Shown here piece by piece: positions 24,165 through 37,715 of a stretch of DNA of 64,000 nt; positions within the stretch are counted from its first letter, which is position 1, and each line of letters opens with the position of its first letter. The DNA is from Hemiscyllium ocellatum (Eukaryota). Under the pieces are notes generated by a model. The model saw nothing but the letters and a program-made list of their open reading frames with translations, was not told the origin of the DNA and did not search any database. The stretch covers positions 150,409,740-150,473,739 of the forward strand of contig NC_083401.1 in NCBI RefSeq assembly GCF_020745735.1. Reading direction: 5' to 3'. Made by a program: the position numbers and the translations under genes.

Positions 24165-25469
24165 ATAGTCTAAGAATTAGGGCCAGATTTTTCAGGAGAG
24201 ATGTTAGGAAGTACTTCTATACACCAAGATTTGGGAGATGTTTTGAACTCTCTTCCACAAATGACATTTGTTTGATCAGTTGTTAAATTTATCTTCGATT
24301 TAAATGTTTGTTGAGCAAAGATATTAAGGAATTTGGACCAAAAGTAGGTAAAGGGTGTTAGGCCATAGATCAGAAATTCTCATTGGATGGTGGAAGAGAC
24401 TTGAAGGCTGAGTGGTCTATTCCTGTTGCTGAGTTCCTAATACCCAAAAGTTTATTGATCTTACTTTTGAATATATTCATGGTCTGAACAGGAATTTGCA
24501 ACCTTTACAGCCAGAGGAAATTCTCAACTTCCTCTTCCCAAATGGCAGAGCTCTGTATTCTAATTCTATGACCCCATATTCTAGATTTCCCAACAAGAGA
24601 ACTATAAACATATGTTTCAATTACAGCACTGTTCATTTTTCTGAGTTACAGCTAGAAGATAGGCTTATTGTACTTAATCCCCACTCAAAGTACAGATTTT
24701 CTTTCCCATTCATTAACTCAATGTGGGGAACACTGCCTAAGTAGCATTTATTGCTCCTCCCTAATTGCCCTCAAGTGGTGGTGAGGTATGGTGTACGTGG
24801 AAGCAAGACCTCATGTACAGTGACTATATTAATTTCTAAAAAGTATTTCATTGACCGTAAGCAGAATTTTGGGGTTATGAAAGCCATTTCCTTGCCTAAA
24901 ACAGTTGAAATTTCTCTTTGCCATTACATTAATGTATACCATGTCTAGGACAAAAACACATCTGGGCATGAGTTGGAGAAGGGCCTTTCCAGATCTGCTG
25001 AATCAGTTTCTTCTATTTTTGCCAGAAAGCCCCGGAGAATGCAGTACCTGAAAGCAGTGGGTAGAATTCTCAAAGCTTTGTCTTTGTTGAATTGAAGTAT
25101 TTTTGCCACATCAAGAATGCATTGACAGTTGGACCAGTGTTTTACCAATTATGTTCAGTTAAGCTACAGCTTTTAAACTGGACCACCACTTAGATATTAT
25201 CATGATCTATATTTATGCTTTTAACAATTCCCCTATTCATGTGGATTGTACTTAAAAACTCCCTGGTCACACCTCATTATGCTGAAAATCAATACATTGA
25301 TTTTTTTCTCTCTCTTAGATTAATACGTTGATTTAGAAATAACTATTAAAATCTGAAATCCCATTCTGAGAATCCACATACCAGTTTGGTGATGTATTTT
25401 GATTCTGGTTCTGCTCTTGGTTTACTTAATAATTGTCTCAACTACATACTTCATAGAACTGAAGAGAAT

Positions 25470-27287
25470 ACAGAGCTGAATCTCAGAGGTGAGGTAAGAG
25501 TGTCTGTCCTTGACATCATAGCTGCATCTGATTTGAGTGTGGCATCCAGGAGACCTAGCAAAACTGGATGGGAATTGGGGGGCAGGAGCTCTCTGCTGGT
25601 TGGAGTCGTACCTGACACAATGGAGGCTGGTTGTGGTTGTTGGTGAGTCATCACTGCTCCAGGACATCACTATAGGAGTTCCTCAGAAGTATCCATGGTC
25701 CAACATCTTCAGCTGTTTCATCAATGACCATTAGGTCCGAAGCAGGAATGTTGCTGATGACTACACGATGTTCAGCACTATTCCTGACAACTCAGATACT
25801 GAAACAATTCATGTCCAAATGTAGCATGGTCTAGACAATATCCAGGCTTGGAATGACAAGTATCAAGTATGATTTGTGCCACGCAAGCGCCAGGTAATGA
25901 CCCCCTCTGACAAGAGAGTAGTTAACCATTGACCTTGATATTAAATGGCGTAACCATCACTGAATCCTTTACTATCAATGTCCTTGGGTTACCATTGATC
26001 TGAAGGTGAACTAGACTAGCCTTTGTTAGAGGAAAAGAAAAGAGAGAGAAGGTTCTTAGCTGAGCAAAGAGAGAGAGAGAACAAAAAGAGAAGGGGAGTG
26101 AGAATTTGAACTTCAGAAGTTGACTTAATCAGGAAAGTCCAGTTAAAAGGATGGAGATAAAGAGAGAAGGTAGTGATATACACAAATATGTTAAAACACT
26201 GCCACAGTTTGATGAGAAAGATATTGAAGCCTTTTTTTATTTCATTTGAAAAATTGGCTAGGGATGGAGTGGTCAGAGGACTTGTGGGTAATGTGACAAA
26301 CTGCCATCTACAGAGAGACTGCCATTCAAAACATTCTCTATCAAAGGTTCCTTTCTCGTATGAAACATCCTGCAGCAAAAGACCAAAGACAACCCAAGGA
26401 GATCTGCATCTGAAAGAAGACAGACACTGATGATAGCTGCTGTCTGGTTTTTGAAAATTAAGTTGATGTAATTTTAATAGGGGCTTTTATTGGATCAGTA
26501 TATTGTAATATAGTTTGAGGTAAATAACAAACCTTTAAGAGAAAGGAGGCTTAGAGTTGTAAATAGTTGTTTAATGTTCATTTTTAGAGTTAAGGAATAC
26601 ATTTTTTTCTTCTTTAAATAGCGAAATTTGAGGGTTCTCTGTCGCTCCATACTTTAACCAATTATGAGACGAGGTGAGCTTTTCTGTGGGTTTGGCTTAA
26701 TTAGCAGAAGGGTTTACTGCCATGTTGTAACACCTTGTATATACTGTGGCTACTAAGCAGGTCAGAAATTAGGAATCCACAGTGAGTACCTTACCTTCTG
26801 AATCCCTAAACGAAACCTGTACACCATCTGCAGTGCACAAGTCAGGACTACGATGGACTACTCCCAATTTGCCTAGATGAGTGCAGCTCCAGCAATACTC
26901 TAGAAGTTTGACACCATCCAGGATAACGTAGCCTGGCACCACATCCACTGCCTCTACCACCAACACTCATTAACAGCAACGTATTCTGTCTACGAGATGC
27001 ACTGCAGAAATTCACTAAAGATCCTTAGACAGCACCTTCCACGTGCAACTAGAAGGACTAGTGTAGCAGACACATGACAATATCACCACCAGTTCCAAAC
27101 CAATCACCATCCTTTCTTGGAAATATATCCCCATTTCTTCGGTGTCACTCGGTCAAAATCCTGGAACTCCTTCTCTAATGGCATGTGGACTGCAAGAAGG
27201 TAGACTACCATTCTTGAGGGCAACTAGGAATAGGCAATAAATGCTGTTCCAGCCAGCAAAGCCTACTTCCCACAAATGAATTTCAAA
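25470..27287 (+). mobile_element. CR1-group LINE family B 3' portion, split by solo LTR
   Basis: GVPQ...IFSCFIND and ADD motifs; tail gggcaactaggaataggcaataaatgctg...aatgaatttcaaaaa. Confidence 0.85.
26024..26732. mobile_element. Solo LTR (709 bp)
   Basis: Termini TGTTA...TAACA with a 4-bp TSD cctt (26020-26023, 26733-26736). The host LINE sequence rejoins seamlessly across it. Confidence 0.85.
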
Positions 27288-28167
27288 AACGATGCATGGG
27301 AACAGCTCAGTAAGACATTCCTTATTTTTTATGCAGTTACAACAAGCCTGGGTTAACAGGATGGATAAGTATAAAACAAATATATAGTTTGAGCAGTTGA
27401 AGCATTTTTGAAGGAGAACCCATGCCTCAAACCTATTCTTCCTCGAGTATTGCCTGACATATTTATTTCCATTATTGTTACTTCTCTGGTTTCTAGTATT
27501 CAGAGTATTTTTAGCTTTCTTCCCTAACATTTATCAAACTTTTTGTGGCAATTATAACTGGTGGAAATTCAGCAAAAATCTTCTTTCCATGTGAAAGTGT
27601 TAATTCCTCCAAAATCTCAGCTGAGGTTATGGTGTTGGAATAACAAAACTTTATGGACATTTTGCTTTTGCTTGTTATCTTGAAATAACTAAAAAAAAAC
27701 TCTATTAAAATCAGAACATAATTGTTAGCACTGAAATTTGACTCTCGTAACTTCAGCAGGATTGTAAAAAAAATACACAGTAATTCAGTCAATATTCAAA
27801 TATACTGCATACGAATAGGATCTTGCTGATTCCAAGGGACATTAATGGCATTTGTCTAAGACCAGGCAGAACTGGATGCCAGGATTCTTGTTTAAGTGTT
27901 CTCATTCCCAAATATCAGATGTAACCTTTTTTTGACCAACAATGGTATGTCTTTCCACGATTGCTAGAGCGAACCTCATCCAAAAATCAGGGGTTTAAGA
28001 TTGGGATATTGTTTGGATTTGAAGCTTATAATTAAATATGGACCTTTTTTTATTCAAAGGGTGTAGTTATATGTTTACCTTTCCTGGGTGTGGGCCTAAA
28101 ACTTCCTAGAATGACTTCCTCTATGGCTACCGTTTATGATGTCCTTGGCACAGAATATCAGAGATGC

Positions 28168-28512
28168 TGCATAGGTAGGGTAAATAGAAAAGGTCTTTTC
28201 CCTGGGGTGGGAGAATCCAGAACTAGAGGATGCAAATTTAGGGTGAGAGGGGAAAGGTTTAAAAGGGACCTCAGGGACTTTTTCATGCAGTGGGTGGTGC
28301 ATGTATGGAATGAGCTGTCAGAGGGAGTGGTGGAGGCTGGTACAATTTATAATGTTCAAAGGGCATCTGGATGGGTATATGAATAGGAAGGGTATAGAGT
28401 GATATGGGCCAAGTGCTGGCAAATGGGACTAGATCAGTTTAGGATACCTGGTTGGCATGGACATGTTGGATAGAACGGTCTGTTTTTATGCTATACATTT
28501 CTATGACTCTAT
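28168..28512 (+). mobile_element. CR1 3' fragment
   Basis: GLFPGVGESRTRGCKF..FFMQWVVHVWNELS; tail ctatgactctat. Confidence 0.88.
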
Positions 28513-28679
28513 ACAGCTCCAGTGGCGTGATTGCCTGATATTTACATTCAGATAAAATAGTCTCTGCTTGATTGTAGAATGTTTTAAGGGGGATCAGGCT
28601 GGTGTATCTGGTTTGTGCACATTAGTTCCCTATATTCCCCAGCATGGACTTCGAGACTTAGTAGGCCAAGATCAGAATG

Positions 28680-31240
28680 TTTACATGTTTTTCACTTCGA
28701 GAGGATGAGTATCCCAATTGTCCCACGCACCACCATCATCATCCTTAGTTACATCCTTTCCTGTTGGTAGCACAGACCCAGCAGCGGTGTACAGTCTGGA
28801 GGGAGTTAGCCTGGAAGTCCACAAAATTGACTTTGGATCCCATTGCAGGCAATGAAACCTCCTGTTAGTTATGGATCCTTAGTTTATGGATTGGTACTCC
28901 TCCATGTTGAACAACACGTGAAGGAAGCACTGAGAGTGGCAGGGGCAGAAAATGAACTCTAGGTGAGGGATTTCAATGCCCACCACCTAGAGGGACCTGG
29001 CAGCAGAAATACTGATTTGAGCTAGTCGGGTCCTCAAGGACATATCTGCTGGACTGGGTCTACAGTGGGTGGTGAGGAAACCAACAAGAAGGAAAAATGT
29101 AAGGATGAGGTCAAATACAAATCCGTTGGTTATAGATGCATCTGTCCATGACCGTATCAGTAAGAGTAACAACCAAGACTCCTTGAGAGTACATTATGTG
29201 GAACTATCATCATGCTAAATGGGACAGACTTCAAACAGATCCGAGCAACTCTAGACTGAGCATCTACATGGCGCTGTGGGTCATCAGCAGCAGCAGAATT
29301 ATATTCCACATAATTTTATACCTCATGATGTAGTAAATCCCTCCATTAACCATTACTATCAAGTCAGGTTCAAGGGAGAGTGCAGGAGGGCATGCTAGGA
29401 GCAGCACCAGACATACCTGAAAATGAAGGGTCAACCTGATAAAGCTACCAAACAGGACTGTATGCCAAATAGCATAAGCAGCAAGTGAAAACAGAACTCA
29501 ACAATTCCACTACTAACGATCAGATCGAAGCTCTACATTCCTACCACATCCAATCATGAATGGTAGTAGACAATTAAACAGCTCACTGGAGAAGGCACCA
29601 TAGATATCCCTATCTTCAATGATGAAAAAGCCCAACATAACAGGTGCAAAAGATAAGGCTGAAGCATTCACCGTGATCTTCGATCAGAAATGCTAAGTGG
29701 CTTGATCCGTCTGGCCTGTTCCAGCAATTTCCACCATCACAGATATCAGTTTACAGACAATTCAACACACTGTGCATGATATCAAGAAATGGTTGGAGCC
29801 ACTGATGTTGCAAAAGCTGTGGGCCCTGATAATAGTTTGGTAATAGTATTGAAGACTTGTGCTCCAGCACTTGCTTCTTCCCTAGCCAAGTTCATCCAGT
29901 AGTTATGACACCTGATATTGTGGAAAATTGCCGAGGTTTGTCTTGTACACAGAGCAGGACCAATTCAACCTGAACAATTTCTGCTTCATCAGTTTACTCT
30001 CAATCATCGATAAACAGATGGAAAGTGTCGACAACAGTGCTATCAAACAACATCTGCTCGTTTTGGGTTCTGCTAGGGCTACTCTACTCCTGACCTCCAT
30101 ATAGACTTGGTTCAAACATGGACAAAAAAGCTGAATTTGCAGAGGTGAGATGAGAGTGACAGCCCATGACATCCACGGCCACATTCTACCAAATGTGACA
30201 TCAAGGAGTAGCAAAACTAGATCAGTGGGAATTAGGTGGCAAACTTTTCACCCTCTTTGGATTCATACGTTGCACAGAGGAAGGTGGTTGTGGTTGTTGA
30301 AAGTCTCATCTCAGGGTAGTGTGTGAGGACCAACCCACCTCAGCTGCTTCATCAATGATCTTCCCTCCATCACAAGATCTGAATTGGGAGCGTTTGCTGA
30401 TGACTGCACAATGCTCAGCAACATTTGCAGCTCCTTAGACACTGAAGCACTCTGTCTAGATCTTGCTGCTTTTGAACATAATGTCCAGGCTTGGGCTGAT
30501 GAATGATGAGTCACATTTGCACCATACAAATGCCAGGCAAAGAACCGTCTCCAATCTAACCGCTGCCCCTTCACATTCAACTGTGTTACTATCGCTGAAT
30601 CCTCCACTATAAACATCATCCAGGGTGATACTATTGAACAAAATCTCCATATAAATATATAAATACAGTTGCAACAAGTATTCAATAGAGTCTAGTAATA
30701 CTATGGCAAGTAACTCATTTTCTGACTCCCACAGACTTTACACCATCTATAAGGCACAAGTTAGGAGTGTGATGGAAACTCTCTTCTAACCTGGTGCAGC
30801 TCCAGCAACATTTGAAGCTTAAACCATGCAAGACAGTCAGGTGCACTTGATTGGCACCCTGTCTACTCCCTCTACCACTGACGTTCAGGAGCAGTAGTGT
30901 GTGGTATCAACAGGATGCACTGTAGAAATTCAGCAAAGATCCATAGACAGCACCTTCCAAGCCCTTGACCACTTCCATCTAATAGGACAAGGATAGCAGA
31001 TACAATGAAACACCACCACCAGCAAATTTTCTTCTGACCCAATCTCCATCATGACTTGGAAGTATATCACCATTCTTACAGTGTTAATAGGTCAAATCTT
31101 GGCATTCCCTCCTTGCAGTTCTACCCACTGTACCTGGACTGCAGCAGTTCAAGAAGGCAGCTTGCCATCATGTTTTTCAAGGGCAATTTGGGACTGGTAA
31201 CAAATGCTGGCCAGCTAGCAACGAGTGAATTAAAAAAAAA
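28680..31240 (+). mobile_element. CR1-group LINE family B, EN to tail, decayed
   Basis: DFNAHH (28969), KAVGPDN and SCFINDLPS...FADDCT (30345-30410); family B tail. Confidence 0.88.
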
Positions 31241-33419
31241 TCTGTACCAGTTTCAAGGGTCAGTTGACATCAGAAGAGAGTGAACCTGCAATTTTAACTC
31301 CAGTTGAGTTTCCAGGTTCGGTAACAATTATTGTAACATGCTGGGACCCAAATGTTTGTTCTTATACATGTTAAACGTGTGTTAATAGTTGTGAAAATTG
31401 AAGTTACCAATTTGTCCACCTTACTGAGATTCAAGCTTTTGCAATGGCTGCACAGCAGAAAATATGAAGCAGATACTAATGAGATCTCTGTGGAGGTAGG
31501 GTTTATTACGTGTGTATGTGCCCAATGAGACAGTGGCATCTGAAAGGAAGAGAAAGTGAGAAGAAAAAAATCCAGTGGCCGAAAAATTGAAGTCACATAA
31601 TTGTCATCATGTGACTCATCAGACATTTTTAGTATAATACTTTCACATCTAGATGGAAGATAGTTACAATAGAATAGTGCAGATTTTTCTGATAACAGGT
31701 TGCTAAAACCCAAATTTAACTCCACATCCTATCATAATTAAACTCAAGATAACTATCGAATCCAAAGTATATGAATCCATCAAAGGTAACTCACTTGCCT
31801 CATTTGTATGACTTTGATATGTCAACTGCAATTTTCAATGCATCTTTTATTAGTGTTCCTAATTTTCCAAGTGAGCTTCACAGCTTGTACCTATTATTGA
31901 AGTCTGGAAGTGCTACTAAAAAAGACTTTTCTAATTGTAGAAAGTTCTGGAAGATCTCAGCAGGACCAATGGTATCTGTGGAAACAAAGCTGAGTTAATG
32001 TTGAGTTTCATTTGGAAGTTGCTCAAAGGAGCAAACTCTTGTAGTTGACACAATTACCTCGGGTCACCTTTCTTGTTTTGTATGTTATTGCTTTATGCAT
32101 CACACATAGAACATGTCCTGTGTAACACATTCTAAGAGACAAGGATTTGGTCATGAAGGTGAAAGTAGATGGGACTTCCAATGCTTGAGCAGTTCAGTTA
32201 TCCTTGCCACATGTCTTTCTGCTTGCTAAGCTGCCAATGGCCTTTTTTAAAACTCAGGCGATTAGGTTTCTTTGTCTAACTCGTATAGCAAAGCTGCAGG
32301 AGGAAGTCCAACACATTCTGAAAGATGCCTGTCGGAGACTAGCAGACAGATGTTCAGACTGCTATCAGCAGATAATCCCATTGCCTTTGTCATTATTTAT
32401 TTTATCGAAATGTACAGGTAGGCTCAGAAATAGTCAGTGGGCTTCCCAGAGGTTCTTGGTAAATTGGATTAAAGAATGGAGGAACCCATCAATGTTATCA
32501 GTACCACGCTGACTCTGGCATTGCTAAGTTGGGATGTCCCCATGGGCACTTTGGCAAGTGCCATGCAGCCCAGGTTTGGCACTGACTTCACCAGATATTG
32601 ATGGATCTACACTTCATTGCTCTTTCTGTCGGTGCTCAGCATCAATAGCAAGATGAAAGGTTGTTGAGGGACGAGGGGGCCCTTTCAGGGAAACAGAGTG
32701 ATGGCAGGATGCACTTGTAAGGTGAAGTAACCACACCTCAGATGCTAGAAGCTGCTTCTTGGGGCAATTCAGAGGCGCCTAGCCCCTCCATTATACTCCC
32801 AGCCTGTGATCCCAAAACCAGGAAAAGATTCAAGCCAAGGAAAGTGAGTCTGTATCTGGACATTCTCTCAACAAGTCTGGGTCCTTTTAGGCTCAGAGAC
32901 ACCTGGTGATGGCTGCTGAAGTCTTCCAGATCAACAGGGCTAACTCTGAATAAGCTCCCTTTATCCCAGTTCTAGAAGTTGGGACAACATTGGGATGCAG
33001 TGAAAGGAAGATGATGTGTAAAACCTATTTAGGGCTGGTAGTGGCATGGATGACACATCATTATGGTAACCCTTTTAATTTCTCTAAATATATGTTCACT
33101 TATACTGTTAAAATGTCTGCTGTGGTACTATAAAGCTTTTTGCTGTCAGGTCTGGTTAAGTCATGTCCACATGAGAGGTGACCAGTCTCTCTTAGGACAT
33201 CGCAAGGATGAAAAGTTGTAATTACCAAGCATTAGTCATCTTTCTCAAACTACTGACTCCAGATAGGTTCAAGGATCCCTTATGGCTTAAACTGTAATTT
33301 CAGAACCTCCACCATGGTGAGTTCCATGAGCAGATGGTATTTGGAGAATCTCTGAAAAAAGACGTACATTTATTTAAGAAAGTTCTCAGGTTTTGCATCC
33401 AAGAAAGTGAAGCTTCATA

Positions 33420-33830
33420 TTACGTCCTAATGTAATGTGACGTGGAGACTTCCCAAGGAAGTCATTACCTTGCCTCCGTAACGAGCTCTTGAGGTATATG
33501 ACACTATTCAATTGCAGGTTGCACAACAAATGCGTTAATGTTACATTGATTGTAGAATTCTGCCAATTAGCCGCCCCTGTCAAAGGAAAAGCAGTCTAAT
33601 ACATCATAGACTTACATTTCCGCAATTACATTTCAGAAGCACTGGAAAGCAATATTCTTTGTGCTTGGGAAATGGGAACTTTGTTTTGCTTTCAAGTGCC
33701 CTTACCTGATTAGTGTTAATATAACAAGGAAGTAATTAGCGTACAGATGATGCTTCTGATTACTTGGTGTCAGTGTGTATTCTTTGAAAATGAATAACCT
33801 GTCGATGAAGTGCAAGTTGAAGCCAGATGG
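33420..33830. promoter_or_regulatory. Candidate conserved non-coding / enhancer-like element
   Basis: No recognisable repeat. Nine retained CpGs in ~400 bp of AT-rich DNA, TGACGT, many TAAT/ATTA and two TGTCA motifs. Confidence 0.35.
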
Positions 33831-33967
33831 GTGGCATTACTGAATCAGTAGAGGCATGATTTTTGTAATTGCCTCTAACAGGGTCTCAAATTCCAAGAGC
33901 CTCTGAAGATAAAACAGTGATTTACTCTGTCCAGTTTGCATGTGATATCAAACATTTTATGCAGTTC

Positions 33968-35492
33968 ATACAGTTATAGAGTCATAGAGATGTACAGCAT
34001 GGAAATAGACCCTTAGGTCCACCCAGTCCATGCTGACCAGATATTCTAACCCAATTTAGTCCCACTTGCCAGCATCCTGCCCATATCCCTCCAAACCCTT
34101 CATATTCATATACCCATCCAAATGCCTCTTAAATGTTGCAATCGTACCAGCTGCCACCTCTTCCTTTGGCAGCTCATTCCATACATGCACCACCCTCTGT
34201 TTGAAAAGTTACCTCTTAGGTCCCTTTTTATATCTTTCCCCTCTCACCCTAAACCTATGCCCTCCAGTTCTGTACTCTCCCAACCCAGGGAAAAGACTTT
34301 GTCTATTTACCCTATCCATGTCCCTCATAATTTTGTAAACCTCTATAAGGTCACCTCTCAGCCTCCTACACGCCAGGGAAAATAGCCCCAGCCTTACATT
34401 AGATTAGATTATTTACAGTGTGGAAACAGGCCCTTCGGCTCAACAAGTCCACACCGGCCTGCCGAAGCGCAACCCACCCATACCCCTACACTTACCCCTT
34501 TTACCTCACACTACGGGCAATTTAGCATGGCTAATTCACCTAACCTGCACATCTTTGGATTGTGGGAGGAAACCGGAGCACCTGGAGGAAACCCACGCAG
34601 ACACTGGGAGAATGTGCAAACTCCACACAGTCAGTCACCTGAGTCGGGAATTGAACCCGGGTCTCTGGCTCCCTGAGGCAGCAGTGCTAACCACTGTGCC
34701 ACCGTGCCGCCCGAGCCTGTTCAGCCTCTCCCTATAGCTCAAATCCTCCAACCCTGGCAACATCCTTGTAAATCTTTTCTGAACCCTCCCAAGTTTCACA
34801 ACATCTTTCCGATAGGAAGGAGACCAGAACAGCACGCAATATTCCAACAGTGGCCTAACCAATGTCCTGTACAGCCACAACCTGACCTCTCAACTCCTGT
34901 ACTCAATACTCTGACCAATAAAGGAAAGCATACCAAACACCACCTTCACTATCCTATCTAACTGTGACTCCACTTTCAAGGAGCTATGAACATGCACTCC
35001 AAGGTCTCTTTGTTCAGCAACACTCCCTAGGACCTTACCATTAAATGTATAAGTCCTGCTAAGATTTGCTTTCCCAAAATGCAGCACCTCAAATTTATCT
35101 GAATTAAACTTCATCTGCCACTTCTCAGCTCATTGGCCCATTTGATCAAGATCCCATTGTAATCTGAGGTAATCTTCGTCGTCGTCGTCGTCCACTACAC
35201 ATCCAATTTTGGTGTCATATGCAAACTTACTAACTCTACCTCTTATGCTCACATCCAAATCATTTATATAAATGACAATAAGTAGAGGACCCAGCACCAA
35301 TCCTTGTGGTGTTCCACTGGTCACAAGCTTCCAGTCTGAAAAACGACCCTCCACTACCACCCTCTGTCTTCTACCTTTGAGCCAGAACTGTATCCAAATG
35401 GCTAGTTCTCCCATATTCCATGAGATCTAACCTTGCTAACCAGTCTCCCATGGGGAACCTTGTCAAACACCTTACTGAAGTCCATATAGATC
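33968..35492 (-). mobile_element. CR1 LINE 3' portion (RT to tail), interrupted by HE1 SINE
   Basis: YMDFSKVFDKVPHGRL, GTPQGLVLGPLL, KFAYDTKIG and LYRTLVRPLLEYC; tail ctatgactctat. Confidence 0.93.
34395..34712 (-). mobile_element. HE1-type V-SINE (tRNA-derived)
   Basis: Head gggcggcacggtggcacagtggttagc with A/B boxes, V-domain tgtgtggagtttgcacattctccc..gcgtgggtttcctcc, (aatct)n tail and agcct TSD. Confidence 0.92.
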
Positions 35493-37715
35493 ATTGTTGG
35501 ACAGTTGACTTTTGATCTGACGTGATAAGATTCCATCTTTATTTTCTTGTCAGTTACAGATTTTACCCCACTCCATCCTTCATGTTTGCTTTTGTGATGG
35601 CTACTTCCGTGGCCCCCCTGACCCTTAGTTTTCACATACCCTGTTTCTATTGACCTCCTTCATTCTACAAATACTATCTCCAAATTACATACAAAGTCTG
35701 TTACTTTGAAATTCCCATGTCATTGATGGCATGTAAATGGGCAGAATGATCCTAACTTGAGAACCCCTCTCTCCCAGAGTTCCCTGCAATTGTCCAAGAT
35801 CCCACACTTCTATCTTGCATCTATTACCATTTCATTATAACCATTTCCTTAGTGACCCAGTGCAATAAGCCTCATCCCCAGGCTTGAGGTACCAGCTTTC
35901 CATAAGTCCCTTGACAATTATTGAGCAAATCCCAGGATATACTGAGCAGCCTAGTCCTGGACTGACCTAACAGGACAACCCTGTCTGAACAATGCCCAGA
36001 ACCAAGGTGGTATCTTCATAGTACCCCAACTGTAATCCCAGGACTGGTTGAATTTGACCTGTAGGATTGACTGTGGACTTGGACTACAGCGATATGGACT
36101 CTGGTAAGACTCTGCACATGATCCACACTCTGGACTGGAATCTGATCACACCCTTGGCTATTGTGGTGGAGCTCCTGATTGACTGTACACCCACCAGTCC
36201 TGTCCAGTTCTAGTCAGGACTCCTGGAAATGGCTGCAGTGGGACTGCAATCAACCATATAGCTGATGGATCAGCTCAACGTGCTCATTGATTTCAACCAG
36301 TTAATGATTAAGTGTTGTTTTCATCCTGACTGTTGTAAACAGATATTTAGCTTCTCCAGTATACTGAGAGTAGATTGGTGTGTGACTGCTTGGTACTTTG
36401 TTATTATAAGGACTACAGACTGCAGGATGATAAGGGGCAGAATGTTAGAGTAATAGCAACATTGATGTTTAGCTGCACATGTGTTTTCCAGGTATCTAAT
36501 TTGTTGTCACATTTATATTTTGTACCTAATTGACTGTCTGTCGAACCTAATAAAGATAGATACCTGGGAAGAGGGTATTAAAGAAGAGAGAATGCATTTG
36601 AAACTGGTTAATAGAAGATAAGGAATTGTAACATTTTCAATAGAAAGAAACTGCACAGTGCAGGCTTGAAGGTTCAAATGGCATACACTCATTTTCCATG
36701 GTTCTCAGTAATCGCTACATTCTGTATGAAATTCTTCATCCATCCATAGAATTGGACAAACAGATGGTTCACTACATGCTCTCTTTCAGATCATTGTAGC
36801 AGGAAATTCAAGTAAACAATTGACTATCTGTAAACTGACAATGGGAGAAAGCAAGTATTGGCAATTGTTAATTTAAGTATCATTAATGTGGAGGTATGAC
36901 TATTGCTGTGTTGTGATGTATTGGTTATTCACAATATTATATTACAGATCAGATTATTCAGTGTTTCCATGTTTTGTTTTTCAGTACAACATTTGAGGTA
37001 TCATGACACTGTACATTTGGCAGCAGTGTTATCTTACCGTGTGGGTTGACATGTGTGACAGTGCTGAGCTGATGAACATATGGTGAACAAGTTCAAAACT
37101 TGGATATCTATTCAACATTAAGAGTTTTACTACTTTTGAAAAAAATGAGGGTTATTTTGTTACTTTGTTATCTAAATCCTTCATTCTTTTTGAATAAACT
37201 GCTGACAGACTTTAATCAATTGTGTAATGGTCTGTCTTTGAGTGGACATAACTGATGAGACAAGTGAATAGTAATCCATCTCAATGGATTTCCACCCATT
37301 TGGCACCACCTCTAATTTTATAGCTAGGGTTTGAATTGGCAGCAGAAGCACATTCCACTTTAATTTTTTATATTGAAATTAGGACATGTTGATACTATTT
37401 AAATGCCTAGATAGGTTTTTCTGCATTTCTGGATACAGTGCTGAGTCATATTTTCATTCATTTAAATGAACGTGCCAAGTTCCAAGATGTGTGGTCTAAA
37501 TCAGATCATTGTTATAGGACTGATAGCAATACTGAGACAATTGTTAAAGTTTCTTTTGTTCTTTTCTTTTAATTCTTTTTCATTTCCAGTTAGTGCTCAC
37601 AAAGCTTTGGATTATATCCTGGCAGTGTGCTTATTTGCATCAATGTTGATGAGTATTCCACTCAGAATTTCTCTCCCTCTTTTCAAGAAGATGAGGAACA
37701 AAGTATGATTATGTG

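Larger units (their letters stand above)
17495..24435 (+). mobile_element. CR1 LINE (family A), near full-length decayed copy hosting three insertions
   Basis: ORF1 esterase remnant DGLHLN (~17508), APE domain (VAITETWLQD ~17865; EFLECVQDNFLQQYV; SDHYMIEF), RT (KSPGPDG, DIVYVDFQKVFDK, KFADDTKL) and 3' UTR to ~24435. Confidence 0.88.
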
